From Octopus sinensis (lineage: Eukaryota): 64,000 nt of DNA. Shown here piece after piece: positions 60,895 through 64,000 of this stretch; the first letter of the stretch is position 1, and each line of letters opens with the position of its first letter. The translations under genes were made by a program, and so were the position numbers. Under the pieces are notes generated by a model that ran no database searches, was not told where the DNA came from, and saw nothing but the letters and a program-made list of their open reading frames with translations. Where the stretch lies: contig NC_042997.1 of NCBI RefSeq assembly GCF_006345805.1, positions 213,032,001 through 213,096,000 on the forward strand. The letters are read 5' to 3'.

Positions 60895-61260
60895 ATCGTT
60901 CATTCGTGACCATTGCCAGCACCGCCCAACTGGCCTCGTGCCGGTGGCACGTAAAAAGCACCATCCGTTCGTGTCCATTGCCAGCCTCACCTGGCCCCCG
61001 TGCCGGTGGCACATAAAAAGCACCATCCGTTCGTGGCCATTTGCCAGCTCTGTCTGGCACCTGTGCGGGTGGCACGTAAAAAGCACCCACTACACTCACG
61101 GAGTGGTTGGCGTTAGGAAGGGCATCCAGCCGTAGAAACACTGCCAGACCTGACTAGGCCTGATGAAGCCTTCCAGCTTCACAGACCCCAGTTGGACCGT
61201 CCAACCCATGCTCGCATGGAAAACGGACGCTAAACGATGATGATGATGATGATGATGATC
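60895..61260 (+). mobile_element. RTE 3' tail with tandem units
   Basis: Units at about 60951, 61013 and 61076, then the conserved tail and (gat)n. Confidence 0.85.
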
Positions 61261-63124
61261 AATCATTTGACGAAATTAGCATCAAAGCTGGGAACATGTA
61301 TTTCAAGGGCAAAGTCAGGATCTAGTTGATATTTTCTTTTCAATTCTCCTAATTACAACTTGTTTTACATATATTATGGTAAGTTATTGTCTTTTTACTT
61401 GTTTAGTCAGGGATGGAAAGGTATCCCTTATTTTTCAGGGCCTCAAAGATTGGTTGGAGAAAGGAAGAAAGAAATGGTCTTCAAAGCAAAGTCGTCACCT
61501 GAATTCCCAACTCTGTTGAAGGTATCCAAGTAATTTAATAACCATCTAGGTTTGTGAGCAAATGATTTCAGTGTGCTACTGAATTCATATTCCCTAATCT
61601 GCAGACTTGTGTAGTGGTCTGTAGCTTTGTTGCTAATACACATTCCATCTTCTGGCCCACAGACCTCCTGTGTCCTTTCATTGCCTTTACTTCTACTACT
61701 ACATCACTGGTTCTTCCTCTTTGGATCGAAGTCTGGTTGGTCTGGTGCTATTTCTACCGAAGCCTATCCTACTAGTCTCTTTTTTCTCTCACACATCTTG
61801 TCTTCATTTCATCTGCCCAGAACCTGAATAAACCATTTCCCTCAGCTGCCAATCTCCTTTGTCCTGGGTCTGTAAAAGCCATGACCATATCCCATCCCCA
61901 CCTTTACATGAAGTTTTCTTTAACAGGTTTTGAACACAGAACTACAAATCTTATTATTTTAAATGAATCCTGATTCCTAAACTTCTGGGTGTCTCTGACA
62001 GGGTATGAAATCACAATCCATGAATGGAAACGATAAAGTTTTGTGGAATATTTTCAGGTATTGAGTTGCAAAACTGTCAAAGTAACACAGAACTTCAAAT
62101 CAAAGAAGTTCAAAGGTGTGATGTTATTGCTTTTCCTAAAGAAATTAATAAAGATCCTAATGAAATTACATTTTCAATCAAGACTGTAAACATAAGGGGC
62201 TTAAATTCACTGACAATACATCTAATCTCCTTCAAATATTAATTAAATGAGGAATAATAGCTAATTACAATAGATATCTGATTGAGGATTATCATTAATA
62301 ATAATAAAAAGGTATAAAATAATGCCTTAATTTATTTCCAGTTATCTGTTTTAGGAATATAGTCTAATTTAAAAGTTAAGGAGTTTCAAAATGGTTTTGT
62401 ATTATACATTTTGATAGTTTTGCATGTTTATATAATAAAGTTTCATAATTTGGGCTAAAAATAGCTGGTGTTTGCATGAGTGGCACATGATTCTTCTGAT
62501 CCGTCAAGGTTAAATGAAAATTCTGATCAATCTTGGTAAGAAAATATATTTGTGATGACAGCAGCTGAAAATGTAAACAAGTCTTTATGAGAAGAAAGAA
62601 TAAATGTGTGTAATGAGATATTTTGGTAGAATGCAGATGTGATTGGATTTTGTTTTAACATTTTATTGCTTTTTTTTGCTGTTTTTAGTAAGATATTGAT
62701 AGCATTTATTATGAATTGTTGTAATTGGCTGAGAGCCAAAGTACATGAAGAGGGAAAAGGCTGAACAATCTAAGCAAACATTCTACTTATTAATGTAAGT
62801 TCTGGGGTTTTGACTCTCTTAAACTTCATATAAAATTTTATGATACAACAAAGGTAGCAAGTTATCAGATTGAATCTTATGTGTGACTACATTTCATGCT
62901 CAAATACTACCAACACCAACTTTGCTTTTCATTTCTATACACTCAATCACGATCATTCCCTCAAAGAAATAATCATATAGTTATGACATTTGGTTCACAG
63001 CACAGCACCCTGGACCAGAGTCTTTTATAATAGCTTTGAGTCAACCAAACCCTTTTTGGGTAACAGTTGGTAAATGGAAATTTTGTATAAGTCAGTCAGA
63101 TGTGTATATGCGTGTAAATATGTA

Positions 63125-63590
63125 ATGGTATCAAAAGGTTCCTGGACTGGTTATGTTTAATAAATAATAACTTATTTACCTAAGTTTTTATCACCCTCTC
63201 CTTTGAAATAGTTACCTTGCACAGCAATACACTCATTCCAGAGTTCCTGCCACATTTAGAATCCAGCCTGGAAGTTGTTTTCTATAAGCAAGTCAAAGAC
63301 TTGCTCTGATTCACTCTGGATCTCCACAATTGTATTAAAATGGCCATATTTGAGCCGCGTTTTCAACTTGTGGAAGAGATGGAAGTCCACAGGTGCTAAA
63401 TTCGGTGAATAGAGTGAGTGTGGAAGCAGTGCCATGTTGCTTTTGGTGAGAAATTCATGAATGAGGAGAGCTTGGTGAAGAATCCAATTCTCTGCACTCC
63501 ACAGATTCAATCACTTTCGTTGAATGACCTCCTGCAAATGCTTCACAGTAGAACTCTCACTTGATGCTCTGGTCCTGGGGGACGAATTTA
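63125..63590 (-). mobile_element. mariner transposase C-terminal relic with one terminus
   Basis: EFLTKSNMALLPHSLYSPNLAPVDFHLFHKLK..LK...F.TI.EIQ (decayed YSPDLAP motif), and the terminal-like ggtatcaaaaggttcctggact at 63128. Confidence 0.85.
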
Positions 63591-63799
63591 ATGTATAATG
63601 TAAATTGTATGTAACTTAAATTTAAAGTGTAATTTTAATGTGAAATACTCATTTCATAAATATCATAAATTTTATGTGTAACACAAGTTTAATAACACAA
63701 ATTTCAGATAAAATAGAAATCTAATATTTAGAACAAATTTCACTTGTAACAATTATATTTTGTAACAAATTTAATGAGTAGCACAAATTTCAAAGATGG

Positions 63800-64000
63800 C
63801 AGATTTGTGAAATAGTGCTTGTGCCATGTAAAAAAACACCCAGTACACTCTGTAAAGTGGTTGGCATCAGAAAGGCCATCCAGTCGTAAAAACCATGCCA
63901 AAACAGACCAATAGGGTCTGGTGCAGTCCTCTAGGCTTGCCAGCTCCCAAGAAACCATCCAACACATGCCAGCTTGGAAGACAGACGTTAAATAACAATA
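63800..64000 (+). mobile_element. RTE 3' tail
   Basis: aagtggttggcatcagaaaggccatccagtcgtaaaa...gcttggaagacagacgttaaa. Confidence 0.75.

Overview
AT-rich, microsatellite-dense eukaryotic DNA with no intact protein-coding host gene that I can support. The SINE and LINE repertoire suggests a coleoid cephalopod, probably Octopus (inference from recalled repeat families). Most of the window is mobile DNA: two long decayed RTE-clade LINEs (46.8-50.4 kb and 53.5-56.4 kb) with a PHD-type zinc finger inside the RT, many ORF-less RTE 3' tails, four tRNA-derived SINE families, CR1-like and R4-like relics, two Helitron-like non-autonomous copies, a Buster/SPIN-type hAT with TIRs and an 8-bp TSD, a mariner relic, a gag-protease-only CsRn1-like LTR element with nested cargo, two Penelope GIY-YIG relics and a truncated tRNA-Glu. 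The most notable signals are (1) two unrelated ORF-less palindromic elements (2144-2575 and 17162-17478), each carrying a minimal type I hammerhead-ribozyme motif in both arms, plus further hammerhead relics around Penelope remnants, and (2) heavily decayed LRR/TIR (Toll-like-receptor-like) coding relics, which are lower confidence. All translations and alignments were done by eye, and element boundaries are approximate unless TSDs or TIRs are quoted.
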